Shown: positions 29,880 to 39,220 of the stretch, piece after piece
How positions within the stretch are numbered: the first letter of the stretch is position 1
Layout of the letters: each line of letters starts with the position of its first letter
Origin: Chloroflexota bacterium
Lineage (GTDB): Bacteria; Chloroflexota; Dehalococcoidia; UBA2247; JAUWOP01
Assembly: GCA_030612045.1 (NCBI GenBank)
Contig: JAUWOP010000002.1
Coordinates: forward strand, 5,894 to 69,893
Direction: 5' to 3'
DNA: 64,000 nt
Notes under the pieces: generated by a model
Seen by the model: only the letters and a program-made list of their open reading frames with translations
What the model was told of the DNA's origin: nothing
The model's database searches: none
Position numbers and translations under genes: made by a program

Positions 29880-30835
29880 AAGGTTTCTACGGATGCCTGC
29901 CTCAATACAGAAAGAATTTCGTCAATTGATTCTTCTCCTGGCCACTGTCCCCAAATCTCCGTCAGCGGGCTTTTGGTGCCTTGCTTTCTTTTCAATTCCT
30001 CGATTAACCTGTGAGGTGACTTTGATTCCGTAATATTCTGGAATATCTCCTCTCCAACCTCAAATGGTTTGATTATTTGTGCTTCAATAAAGCGCACCTT
30101 ACGGGAGGCATTGAAGTGAGCCGTCCCTTTAATCGTGACCTTCTTCCCCCAGAGACCTCTCATTTTCCCCTCTGTAATTAAGGGTGAGTCTGCCCTCCCA
30201 CGTACCTTTTGACCGTCTTCTAACTCAAGTTGGAACTGCCTCCGAGCATGTTCAATCAAATCGAATAAACCTGCAACGACAATAGCGTGAGACTGCGGTG
30301 TTTCTGTCTCCATGTGGCTTATCTTCTCTAACTCTTCGCGCCCTATCTTGAAATTATCCCTTTCCCTGATCTTGGAATTTACCTCAAGCTCACTCATGTA
30401 TTTCTTAAGAGGAGATCTGAAAGAGAGCAGAGCGTTTAACACTCCTCGGTCATAGTATTCGCTTTCCAATTGCTCGGAGGTTGCATCTGATACTGACCTG
30501 GAAAGCAAGGACATCGCAGTATCTTCCGGATTGGGCAGTGTATACCAAAGGGTCTGCTGCTGAACCTGTTCGGGGGCTGATTCTGCCAAAGTCGGCGCTT
30601 CAATCTCCAGTACTGTTGAGCCTTTACTGATTCCGGCAATCGTGAATTCAAGGGATTTACTTAACCATTCTGGATTCTTTCCTCTTTTCACGCTCCTGCC
30701 TTCGATCGAAAGGCGTAGTGCTCGTTCGCATCCCTGCAAAAGTGTATCAGAGATATCCCTGAGAGCTCTCAGGGGGATAGTGCCTTCTGGCGTTTTAAGC
30801 CCGGTAATTCTAATCGTGTAATGGATGCCGTTCAC
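29876..30835 (-). CDS. hypothetical protein (319 aa), immediately upstream of and overlapping the PIN gene
   Basis: Long ORF with good codon usage and no recognisable motif. Overlaps the PIN ORF by 4 nt (29876-29879). Confidence 0.5.
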   Translation of the reverse strand: MNGIHYTIRITGLKTPEGTIPLRALRDISDTLLQGCERALRLSIEGRSVKRGKNPEWLSKSLEFTIAGISKGSTVLEIEAPTLAESAPEQVQQQTLWYTLPNPEDTAMSLLSRSVSDATSEQLESEYYDRGVLNALLSFRSPLKKYMSELEVNSKIRERDNFKIGREELEKISHMETETPQSHAIVVAGLFDLIEHARRQFQLELEDGQKVRGRADSPLITEGKMRGLWGKKVTIKGTAHFNASRKVRFIEAQIIKPFEVGEEIFQNITESKSPHRLIEELKRKQGTKSPLTEIWGQWPGEESIDEILSVLRQASVETL

Positions 30836-30902
30836 TTTCTGCCACCCCCTCTTTATTCTACCCTAACTCACAGTGCCTGTCCCCTTTTTGCCTTCTCCTC
30901 CC

Positions 30903-31015
30903 TTGTGATCGTTCACCTGTGTCATTGCGAGCGAAGCGAAGCAATCTCGTTCTCCCCTTACCGAGATTGCTTCGTCGCTACGCTCCTCGCAATGACATGA
31001 GAGCGGGTGAACGGT
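30903..31015. repeat. A-type hairpin unit with outer CGTTCACC...GGTGAACG inverted flanks
   Basis: It overlaps the 3' end of hsdS and supplies its last residues (...MSLRGA) and stop codon. Confidence 0.8.
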
Positions 31016-32495
31016 TACCCTCCCTTATCCTTTCCAGCAGCTTGTCAGCAGGTTCGTCGCTGGGGTCTTGAGGAACCAGTTTACCCTCAAAGGCTCTCTT
31101 TAGAATACTCTGGCGCAATCTTACCGACTGCTTGAGGCTCTGGTCAACGGCTTTTCCTATCTCATCAGCTACCGAAAGGCGGCGCTCGATTTCCTCAACG
31201 ATTTTGTGTTGTTCGGTGAATGAGGATAATGGAAGTGGAAGGATTCGCAGGTGTTCGAGAGGAATGAACTTCTGTGTCGTTCCCTTCGAAAGTTTCCCCT
31301 TTTCCAATATCTCATTGAATGTCCAGCTTGCCAACCAAAACTTGAGGTATTTTGACCTGAGAAAGGATTGATTCTTCTTAAATAACCCCACGTTTTTAAT
31401 ACTAAAGAGCCTGTCTGTCTGAACTACTACAGGATTTCCCACCGTTCCTATCATTGCAAAGAGTATGTCCCCATTCTCAACCCCAGAACGTACACTAATT
31501 TTTTTGTGGTCTTCGATGCTAATATTCTTGGTCGTTGTGAAGTCTAAGCCATCTTCTTTGAGGTTTTTTGATGTCACCAACGGGATTCCCTCTTCAACAT
31601 ACCTAGGGGTATCGTGTGTACCATCTCTTACAGAAGAACAAACATCACTTGTTATCGTCCACACCCACCCCTCTGGCAAATCGGGCAAATCGGATGTATC
31701 CAATGACGGAAGTTCTTTGTATTTGCCCTGGGCATTTTTTGGGTGTTCTCTCTTGATGCGCTCCAGGAGCGCGGAGGCGGGCTCCAGTTCTCCCTTGTGG
31801 TCCTCTCGCCACTCCTGCGTCAGTTTTCCCTGGAAGGCATCCCTCAAAACTGCCTGGCGGTAGCGTTTTAACTGAGCCTTTATTTTCTTCAGCGCCGCTA
31901 CCCCGGCATCCAGCCTGGTGAAAAGCCCCTCAATCCTGGCAACGATGCGGTGCTGCTCAGGGAGGGGCGGGAGAGGGATGGGAATTTGGTGCATATAATG
32001 AACTGGCACCCTTAATTGACCTGCAGAGCCTGTCATATTTCTTTGGGCATCCCTTCTGAGGTCTTCTCGTATCAAAAAGAAGAAGAGCAACTTCCTTGGA
32101 AATGATTCAGGCAATCTGATAACATGGAACTCAGTTGAACCGAAACCGATACCGTTTTTCAAACCATGAGCTATTGCCACTTTCCCGTTTTCCATACAAG
32201 GTGTAATTTTGGCAAAAAGTAAGTCACCCTCTATGAATGGTGTATACCCTTTTTTTACTTCTGATAATCTCCTCGTAAAGAATAAATTGAGATGTCCTGT
32301 TAATTCCTCAACGCATTTCATCGGTAGAAATGCAACTTCTGTGTCGTCTGTGAGATATTCGCCTGTAAATTTCGGATTGATTTCTGCAATCTCCCCCAAC
32401 CTCATCCACACCCACCCCTTAGGCAATTGACGAGTGTTCACTCCTTCATCTCCTACGCTGCTAGCTCTTGAATATGTTCGTCCCGGCAACTCCAC
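30978..32495 (-). CDS. hsdS: type I restriction-modification system specificity subunit
   Basis: Two target-recognition domains, each followed by a conserved PLPPLPEQHRIV / LPLPLSSFTEQHKIV coiled-coil repeat. The true start may be the internal MRLGEIAEI (~32405). Confidence 0.85.
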   Translation of the reverse strand: MELPGRTYSRASSVGDEGVNTRQLPKGWVWMRLGEIAEINPKFTGEYLTDDTEVAFLPMKCVEELTGHLNLFFTRRLSEVKKGYTPFIEGDLLFAKITPCMENGKVAIAHGLKNGIGFGSTEFHVIRLPESFPRKLLFFFLIREDLRRDAQRNMTGSAGQLRVPVHYMHQIPIPLPPLPEQHRIVARIEGLFTRLDAGVAALKKIKAQLKRYRQAVLRDAFQGKLTQEWREDHKGELEPASALLERIKREHPKNAQGKYKELPSLDTSDLPDLPEGWVWTITSDVCSSVRDGTHDTPRYVEEGIPLVTSKNLKEDGLDFTTTKNISIEDHKKISVRSGVENGDILFAMIGTVGNPVVVQTDRLFSIKNVGLFKKNQSFLRSKYLKFWLASWTFNEILEKGKLSKGTTQKFIPLEHLRILPLPLSSFTEQHKIVEEIERRLSVADEIGKAVDQSLKQSVRLRQSILKRAFEGKLVPQDPSDEPADKLLERIREGNRSPALMSLRGA

Positions 32496-33220
32496 AGGAT
32501 ATCTTTCACATCATATCGACGAAGGGCATTGATAAGGTCTGGATTTAACGGGCGTTCGGTATCATTTAGGACCGCATAGGCAGTAGATTCGGGCAGTCTT
32601 ACCTTTTTGGTATCAGTCCATGCAAAGATAAGCGTTGTGATACTCTGACGGTCAGGCCGATTAATGGCTCTGAGTACTCTTTCAGGTTTTACACGGGAGG
32701 CAGGAATTACGAAGTCGAAAGAATTGTCCAAGCCGCTTTTTCCGGTGAATTTGACTGAAGGGGTAAAGCGAATATCATGGGCACGCAGATATGTCTCAAC
32801 ATCTTCTCGAAAAATACTCATCACCATTGGGGCAGCCATCACAAAGAGGTCATTTATTGCGAGCATGGCTTGAATCAGGTTGTGTTTCTTCTGCGGAAAG
32901 TTATCAGGGCGTGCCTCTACAATAAGCTCCTCACCCTGAAGACGAACTCCAAAGCCATTTAAAACAGCATTAAGCATCTGCCGTCTCTTCTCCGTCGTGA
33001 ACTCACATCCACTCAAGCGGAGGTCTCGGATAATGTAGCCATCGTCTGTGAGGGTAAATCCCTCTTTAGACCGCTTGATATATATCTGTAGATAGTCATT
33101 GTGACGGTCAACAAAGGGAGTGGTAATCTCACAAACACCATCTATATCCTGAATACTCATCTTTTGACCAAGCCATCTAATATAGACTTGAACAAGATCA
33201 CTGCACTCATTTGAAATCAT
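32453..33220 (-). CDS. hypothetical protein (255 aa) embedded between hsdR and hsdS
   Basis: ORF with no recognisable catalytic motif. Its start overlaps the upstream ORF stop (ATGA, 33217-33220). Confidence 0.5.
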   Translation of the reverse strand: MISNECSDLVQVYIRWLGQKMSIQDIDGVCEITTPFVDRHNDYLQIYIKRSKEGFTLTDDGYIIRDLRLSGCEFTTEKRRQMLNAVLNGFGVRLQGEELIVEARPDNFPQKKHNLIQAMLAINDLFVMAAPMVMSIFREDVETYLRAHDIRFTPSVKFTGKSGLDNSFDFVIPASRVKPERVLRAINRPDRQSITTLIFAWTDTKKVRLPESTAYAVLNDTERPLNPDLINALRRYDVKDILWSCRDEHIQELAA

Positions 33221-33714
33221 AGCAACCTCCTTTGAATCAAAGGCTGTTCAATAACATTACAAAATCGAAAGAAGTCCTCAAGAGTTGAAAACAGATCGTT
33301 TGTTTGGGGGAACTTATTGCTTGGTGCTGGAATTGCCCACTTATCCATAAATCCTTCCACATATAAGTGAAGATGAGGGGTTGGTAAGGTGACACCATTA
33401 TAAGGTTCGAGGAAAGAAAGTGGCACTGCCTCAACTTCTGGATTCGGGTGAGGGGAACCATCTACATCCAACCGCACAAGGATGAATGTGCCTTGATACC
33501 GTTCTTGATATGAGCATTTTGTCAGTCGAATTTGACCTCTGTTTACATCTATTAGGAAAGTCTCTATCTCATCAGTTGAAACAATGGGAATGACTAAAGA
33601 GCTCCCTGGGTAGGGGAAGAAATAGTTCTCGTTTCTGGCTCTTTTTTTTGGCATCTTTATTAAGAAATCTGCTTCACTCTGCGAAGGCATTCTGCTCCTT
33701 CCTAATTTGCTCAA
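33217..33714 (-). CDS. hypothetical protein (165 aa) embedded between hsdR and hsdS
   Basis: ORF starting 7 nt after the hsdR stop, translationally coupled to the next ORF. Confidence 0.45.
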   Translation of the reverse strand: MSKLGRSRMPSQSEADFLIKMPKKRARNENYFFPYPGSSLVIPIVSTDEIETFLIDVNRGQIRLTKCSYQERYQGTFILVRLDVDGSPHPNPEVEAVPLSFLEPYNGVTLPTPHLHLYVEGFMDKWAIPAPSNKFPQTNDLFSTLEDFFRFCNVIEQPLIQRRLL

Positions 33715-33720
33715 TTTGCT

Positions 33721-36468
33721 TCATGCTACCAGCACCTTATTCAGCTCTTCTAGAATACTGTCCAGCTCATGTTCGAAGAGATTGTATGCCTTTATTGCTC
33801 CACCCTTCCCAGCAAATGGCGTAAGCTCAAAGTGGTCTATGCTGATGCTTAAAGAAGCAGCGATGTGGTATTTTATCATCTCCAGCCACTCCATCTGCTC
33901 TGGGGTAAATTCTCGTCCTAAGCTCGCCTGCTCGGAAATCCATTCATTGAATCGCTTATCTACTGTCTCAGAGAAGGGTTCCAGCACATCAGTTTCCCCT
34001 ACAGCAAAGCGTATGAGTGAGATGATATTGGTTAGGAGTTTCTGGGTTCCAGCGTCCCTGACCTTGGAGCTCTCCAAATGTTCATAAGCCTGCCACAATA
34101 GCTCAGGTGTAAGATTATAAGGTGGCTTTTTGATAGCACTGGCAAGCTGCTTTATCTCCTGGTAGGTCAAACGGCGCTTGCTGTAAGGCTTACTATAAAT
34201 CACCTGCAAAGCGGTAAGCTCGTCCTTGTTCTCCTCTATGAATTTGTGAAAGGTATCAACGATGGTTCGAGCCTTTTCTTTCGCCTGAGCATCAAAGCCA
34301 GCAAAAATTAGCTTGTCCTGACTCACGGTATCAATAACCTGCTCACTTTCTCTCTTGAGGTCAATGAGCATATCACGCAGTTTAGGATTATCAAAGGGAC
34401 TGCAAGCAATTGTAGTCAGTTCATTACTAGCTTTCTTAACCTGTTCCTCTGTGGGTGCTTCTGTGTTGAAGAGCTCTTTCGCCTTATCTATTTGCTTGTC
34501 CGGGTCAACGGCGTCCAGCAAGCTATTGGTGAGCTGTTTTGGAGATATACCCCCTGTGGCACTTTGGATTTGCTGGCGGTCTTCTTCCTCAATCTCCTTA
34601 TCCAGTTGAGCGAGTCTTCCTGCCAGAGAAGTGAGCATGTCCTCATCTCTATTACCCAGAGCAACGGACATAAGCAGCTTATCGAAGGGGAGACTCTTGT
34701 TCCTTTCCAGAGGTTGGGAGTCTTGTTTCTCATTCTCGCACACGCCGACGGCATCCACGATTACGAAATTTGTCTTGTGAGATGCATCCGGGGTAACGGC
34801 GTTAAAATCCGTGGGCAGGATTGTCCTGCTGCCGCGTCCTTTCATCTGCTCAAACAGCAGCCGAGATTTAACATCTCTCATAAAGATGATGCACTCCAGA
34901 GGTCTAATATCGGTCCCGGTAGCAATCATATCCACTGTCACCGCGATGCGGGGATGATACGAGTTACGAAAGCTGGTAATCAGGTCCTCGGGCTTCTCGG
35001 TCTTGTAGGTTATCTTCTTACAGAGTTCATTTCCCTTACCGAATTCCTCCCTCACAATATGGACAATATCCTCAGCATGGGAATCGCTCTTGGCAAAGAT
35101 TAGGGTTTTGGGGACCTCAGTCCTGCCGGGGAATATCTCGGTAAAGAGTTTCTCCTTGAAGGTTTTGACCACTGTTCTTATCTGGTCTGGAGCAACTATG
35201 CTGCGGTCGAGTTGCTCTGGGGGGTAATCGAGAGCCTCATCCAACTGCTCCCAGCGGATTTGCCTGGTGAGCTTGTTTCGCTTATCTATATAATAGTCTG
35301 CTTTTATGGTGCTTCCCTCTTTGGTAATCTTTGTCTGGATGAGGTAAACATCGTAGCCTACATTAACGCCATCTGCCACAGCCCGCTCGTGGCTGTATTC
35401 CATAACCAGGTTCTGATTGAAAAAGCCCAGGGTTTGCTTTGATGGAGTTGCGGTGAGTCCGATAATAAAGGCATCAAAATACTCCAGCACCTGACGCCAG
35501 AGGTGATATATTGAGCGGTGACATTCATCGGTGATGATGAAGTCAAAGGTCTCAATGGGGATAGCGGGGTTATAGGAGATTTCTTTCGGTGGAAGAACTC
35601 CCAGTGGCATGCTGGGGAGAGACTGTTCCTCAAGCTCGGCATCAAAGTCTGGCTCTCCCTTGAGCATGGAATAGAGCCGCTGTATGGTGGTGATACAAAC
35701 TCGACTTACTGGGTCCAGGGTATTAGAGGTAACATGCTGGATATTATAGAGCTCAGTAAATTTCCTGCCGTCATCGGGTGTATCATATTGCTGGAACTCC
35801 CTTCTTGTTTGGCGGCCCAGGTTACTCCTATCAACAAGGAAGAGAACCCTTTTAGCATTGGCGAACTTTATCAGACGGTAAACAGAGCTCACGGCGGCAT
35901 AGGTCTTACCAGTTCCCGAGGTCATCTGGATAAGCGCTCGCGGCCTTTCCCCTGCAAAGGATTCCTCAAGATTTCCAATCGCCTCAATTTGGCAATCCCT
36001 CAATCTGTCAGTTTTTAGCGGAGGCATAGTTTTGAGTCTGGCTCTGAGAGTGTCCTGCTGAGTTAGCCATTCATTAAGCGTTTCGGGACGATGAAAGCTA
36101 AACACCCTTCGAGAGCGGGGTGCTGGGTCTCTTAAATCTCTGAAGGAGGTTTCTGTGCCTGTGCTCTCATAAACAAAGTGAAGAGGCTCCTGGACATGGG
36201 GGAGATTTTCAGGGGAAGCTGTTGAGTATTTTCCAGACTGTTCAGCTACACCACTTAAGGTAGTACCGACTGGTTTAGCCTCCACAACCCCAACAGCTTT
36301 TCTGTCAACAAAAAGGACATAATCAGCCGTTCCAGATTTCAGGGGAAATTCACGGACGGCTACTCCTGGAGAAGCTCCGAGATTCAGTTGCCGCAGGTCC
36401 TGAACAGCCCAACCGGCAGTCTCCAGCATCTGGTCAATCCTTTGTCTTGCCTTTTCCTCTGGTTTCAT
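33721..36468 (-). CDS. hsdR: type I restriction enzyme R subunit (helicase-nuclease)
   Basis: N-terminal nuclease domain, SF2 helicase motifs MTSGTGKT (Walker A) and DECHRS (DEAH), and a C-terminal domain. 915 aa. Confidence 0.9.
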   Translation of the reverse strand: MKPEEKARQRIDQMLETAGWAVQDLRQLNLGASPGVAVREFPLKSGTADYVLFVDRKAVGVVEAKPVGTTLSGVAEQSGKYSTASPENLPHVQEPLHFVYESTGTETSFRDLRDPAPRSRRVFSFHRPETLNEWLTQQDTLRARLKTMPPLKTDRLRDCQIEAIGNLEESFAGERPRALIQMTSGTGKTYAAVSSVYRLIKFANAKRVLFLVDRSNLGRQTRREFQQYDTPDDGRKFTELYNIQHVTSNTLDPVSRVCITTIQRLYSMLKGEPDFDAELEEQSLPSMPLGVLPPKEISYNPAIPIETFDFIITDECHRSIYHLWRQVLEYFDAFIIGLTATPSKQTLGFFNQNLVMEYSHERAVADGVNVGYDVYLIQTKITKEGSTIKADYYIDKRNKLTRQIRWEQLDEALDYPPEQLDRSIVAPDQIRTVVKTFKEKLFTEIFPGRTEVPKTLIFAKSDSHAEDIVHIVREEFGKGNELCKKITYKTEKPEDLITSFRNSYHPRIAVTVDMIATGTDIRPLECIIFMRDVKSRLLFEQMKGRGSRTILPTDFNAVTPDASHKTNFVIVDAVGVCENEKQDSQPLERNKSLPFDKLLMSVALGNRDEDMLTSLAGRLAQLDKEIEEEDRQQIQSATGGISPKQLTNSLLDAVDPDKQIDKAKELFNTEAPTEEQVKKASNELTTIACSPFDNPKLRDMLIDLKRESEQVIDTVSQDKLIFAGFDAQAKEKARTIVDTFHKFIEENKDELTALQVIYSKPYSKRRLTYQEIKQLASAIKKPPYNLTPELLWQAYEHLESSKVRDAGTQKLLTNIISLIRFAVGETDVLEPFSETVDKRFNEWISEQASLGREFTPEQMEWLEMIKYHIAASLSISIDHFELTPFAGKGGAIKAYNLFEHELDSILEELNKVLVA

Positions 36469-36639
36469 ACAGCTATAGCTCTAGGGAGATAAGTTCGGAT
36501 AGGACTATTTCCCACATATAATAGCACACAAAAGCTCACCTTGTATTGAAAGAGACTGTCAATAGTATTTATTACTAAATTATCGGAATACGATAAGTTA
36601 GGTATTGACATATTTCATATAGCGGATTACAATGTAAAT

Positions 36640-36939
36640 GTGGAGGTAATATTTGCTACTGAAGATTTAGACCGTTTGGAAGTAGATGGGTCTTTTACGG
36701 CTGGATTTAACCAAACGTTAGTAAAAGCATACCGCAATAAAATCAATATTATCAGGCAAGCTGTTGATGAAAGGCTCTTTTACGCTATTAAATCTCTTCA
36801 CTTTGAGAAGCTGGAAGGTAAACGAAAACATCAGCACTCTATACGCTTAAACAATAAATATAGCCTGATTGTCGAATTGGTCGAACGCAAACCGGAAAAC
36901 AAAGCCGTTAGGATAGTAGAAATCACAGATTATCATTAG
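36640..36939 (+). CDS. higB: HigB-like (RelE/ParE superfamily) toxin, GTG start
   Basis: The KSLHFEKLEGKRKHQHSIRLNNKYSLIVEL motif is typical of the HigB/plasmid-maintenance-killer family. The toxin gene precedes the antitoxin-like gene, as in hig loci. Confidence 0.7.
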   Translation: MEVIFATEDLDRLEVDGSFTAGFNQTLVKAYRNKINIIRQAVDERLFYAIKSLHFEKLEGKRKHQHSIRLNNKYSLIVELVERKPENKAVRIVEITDYH

Positions 36940-36957
36940 AGAAAGGAGGAATCTGAC

Positions 36958-38106
36958 ATGATGACTGCTATGAAGGAGAGAATACCGGCCGAAGGCTTCC
37001 TGCCTGGAGATTTAATCAAGGGGGAGTTGAAGGAAAGGGGTTGGACACAAGAGGACTTAGCAGAAATACTAGGGCGTACTACTAGTGCCGTAAATGAGAT
37101 AATTACTGGCAGAAGAGGTATTACGGTTGATACTGCAAAGGGTCTAGGAGAAGCGCTTGGAACTGGGGCACAGTTTTGGCTTAACATGGAATCAGCTTAT
37201 CGCTTGTCTTTGGAAAGAACTAGGCCGGAATCTGTATCTCGCAAGGCAGTTTTGTACGAAGCAGCACCAATTCGTGCCATGATAAAGAGAAATTGGATTG
37301 AATCCTCGACAAATATTGAAGTTCTGGAGCAAAGGCTCCGTGAATTTTTCGGAACTTCGGATTTGTCTCAAATTCCGCGTTTGAACTGTATGACCAGAAA
37401 GTCTACAGAGGAACTTACACCAGCACAAAGAGCCTGGCTATTTCGAGCAAAAAATCTTGCTATGGCTGTTCATGCAGGAAAATACACAAAAAGTCGTCTG
37501 AATATGGCATTGGAACGATTGAAGGATATGAGAGCTAACGAGGCAGATATTAGGCTGATACCTAAGGTCTTAGCCGATGCTGGTATAAGGTTGCTTATTA
37601 TTGAACCTTTTCCTCAATCTAAGATAGATGGTGCTAGTTTTTGGGTCAATGGGTCACCAGTCATAGCATTATCGCTTAGGTATGATAGAATAGATTCTTT
37701 TTGGCATACGTTAATGCATGAGATAGGACATGTAAAGAACGAAGATGGATTAATTGACAACTGTATGATTCTGGATACCGATTTGCTTGATGAATACAAT
37801 GATGTTAAACCCTACGAAAGAGCGGCGGATGAATTTGCGGTTAATTTCTTAGTTCCACAAAAAGAATTAAACGATTTTATAGCTCGTATTCAACCAATAT
37901 ATTCTAAGTCCAAAATCGTAGGCTTTGCGAACAGGATAAAAGTTCATCCGGGCATAGTGATAGGACAATTACATCATCGAGGTAAGGAACGAGGTGGTCT
38001 TGATTATTCCCATAGTCGTGAGATGCTGGTTAAGGTTAGACATCTTATTACAAGAGCAGCGACGACCGATGGATACGGACAAATATTGTCTTTGAATCTA
38101 AGTTGA
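36958..38106 (+). CDS. HigA-like HTH-XRE domain fused to an ImmA/IrrE-family zinc metallopeptidase domain
   Basis: N-terminal HTH (KERGWTQEDLAEILGRTTSAVNEIITG). C-terminal region with HEIGHV (HExxH) and a downstream Glu, typical of COG2856/ImmA. 382 aa. Confidence 0.7.
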   Translation: MMTAMKERIPAEGFLPGDLIKGELKERGWTQEDLAEILGRTTSAVNEIITGRRGITVDTAKGLGEALGTGAQFWLNMESAYRLSLERTRPESVSRKAVLYEAAPIRAMIKRNWIESSTNIEVLEQRLREFFGTSDLSQIPRLNCMTRKSTEELTPAQRAWLFRAKNLAMAVHAGKYTKSRLNMALERLKDMRANEADIRLIPKVLADAGIRLLIIEPFPQSKIDGASFWVNGSPVIALSLRYDRIDSFWHTLMHEIGHVKNEDGLIDNCMILDTDLLDEYNDVKPYERAADEFAVNFLVPQKELNDFIARIQPIYSKSKIVGFANRIKVHPGIVIGQLHHRGKERGGLDYSHSREMLVKVRHLITRAATTDGYGQILSLNLS

Positions 38107-38115
38107 GGTAAGAGT

Positions 38116-38574
38116 ATGACTTACAATGAACAATTACAGAGGCTTGTGAACAAATACATCGAAGCTGGCGAAATATGGCCTGCAACCTCGCATGAATTGG
38201 CTGCTTGGGCTTTGAATAATAAGTTGTGGGCACCCCAAAAGAGTGAAGTTTTAAATATATGTGCAGAACAACTAGCTCGTGCTATGCGAGAAGAATATAT
38301 AGTCGACCCGCAAGGTCGCAAGGTAAGATCGAAGCATGCTGCTAGAATCAAACAGGCAGTCTTATGGGATGATATTAGAACAGCGAGTCGTGAACACATG
38401 CAGATAGCATTTCAGCAGAGAAGGCAGCAAATAGTTGGTGATTGCCACCAGCTCAAATTGGACGTAGACAGCTACAATGAAAATAAGAGTGCTGGCATAC
38501 CAATCCAGATGGTATTTGATTTTACTTTCGATTTGATTGAAATGGAGAAGAAGCCAGAACTAGCCAAAGCCTAA
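38116..38574 (+). CDS. hypothetical protein (152 aa) directly downstream of the HTH-peptidase gene
   Basis: ORF 10 nt after the upstream stop, likely co-transcribed. No recognisable motif. Confidence 0.4.
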   Translation: MTYNEQLQRLVNKYIEAGEIWPATSHELAAWALNNKLWAPQKSEVLNICAEQLARAMREEYIVDPQGRKVRSKHAARIKQAVLWDDIRTASREHMQIAFQQRRQQIVGDCHQLKLDVDSYNENKSAGIPIQMVFDFTFDLIEMEKKPELAKA

Positions 38575-38611
38575 CTAATCTCTTTTTCGCCAACGAACAC
38601 TTGCTACTAGT

Positions 38612-38851
38612 TTAGCTTATTTCTTTGCGTTGCTCGGGTGTTAGCTTCTCAGTCCTAGCTTTACCACCATTCAATCCCCCAAGGTGCCCTAATACCACAG
38701 GGTCAAATTTCTTTTCTTTATCCGTGTTGACTTGCTCTGATTCAGTTTTACTTTGCCCTGTAGCTTCTTGTACTACACGGAAGGCTGTAACGCTGAAGTC
38801 ATGCTCTTTCCTCTTCTTTTTCTTCTCTACCATACTTAAATGGTAAATCAT
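38612..38851 (-). CDS. small basic hypothetical protein
   Basis: Lys-rich N-terminus and a GHLGGLNGGKARTEKLTPEQRKEI C-terminal motif. Weak call. Confidence 0.3.
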   Translation of the reverse strand: MIYHLSMVEKKKKRKEHDFSVTAFRVVQEATGQSKTESEQVNTDKEKKFDPVVLGHLGGLNGGKARTEKLTPEQRKEIS

Positions 38852-39220
38852 CGCTCAAGCATTTCAAAATGATACACTACCCAATATTTAGCAGGATATC
38901 ACCTATTCATCCCTTTGTAGCTTCATAGCTACACTATGTCATTCAGGTTGAGGCTGTGCCCAATCAAATTAACAGTCTACTATGGCCAGAGGGATTAACA
39001 GGCTCAGCCCTGCTAAATGTCTCAGCTGCCTTCTCCATCTCATGGAAAGTCCTGCCATCTTTGAGTATGTAATAAATCCGCTCCAGTAGCTTTCTTGCAG
39101 TTGGAAGAGACTCTCCCTTGACTCAGTGAAGGGGGGAAAGGTATGCTAAAGGGTAATCAGACTTCTTTTCGTAATGCTTATGCTAGTATTTAGGAAAAGG
39201 CTTAATCGGTTAGTTCAAAG

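Noticed and set aside
34492-36018. Long antisense ORFs inside hsdR (34492-35103 +, 35518-36018 +)
   Set aside because: They sit opposite a well-supported hsdR reading frame and have no motifs. Such ORFs are typical of GC-balanced antisense frames.
38852-39220. T-box leader upstream of hisS
   Set aside because: No AATTAGGGTGGNACCGCG T-box motif or specifier/antiterminator arrangement is visible in the 370-bp leader.
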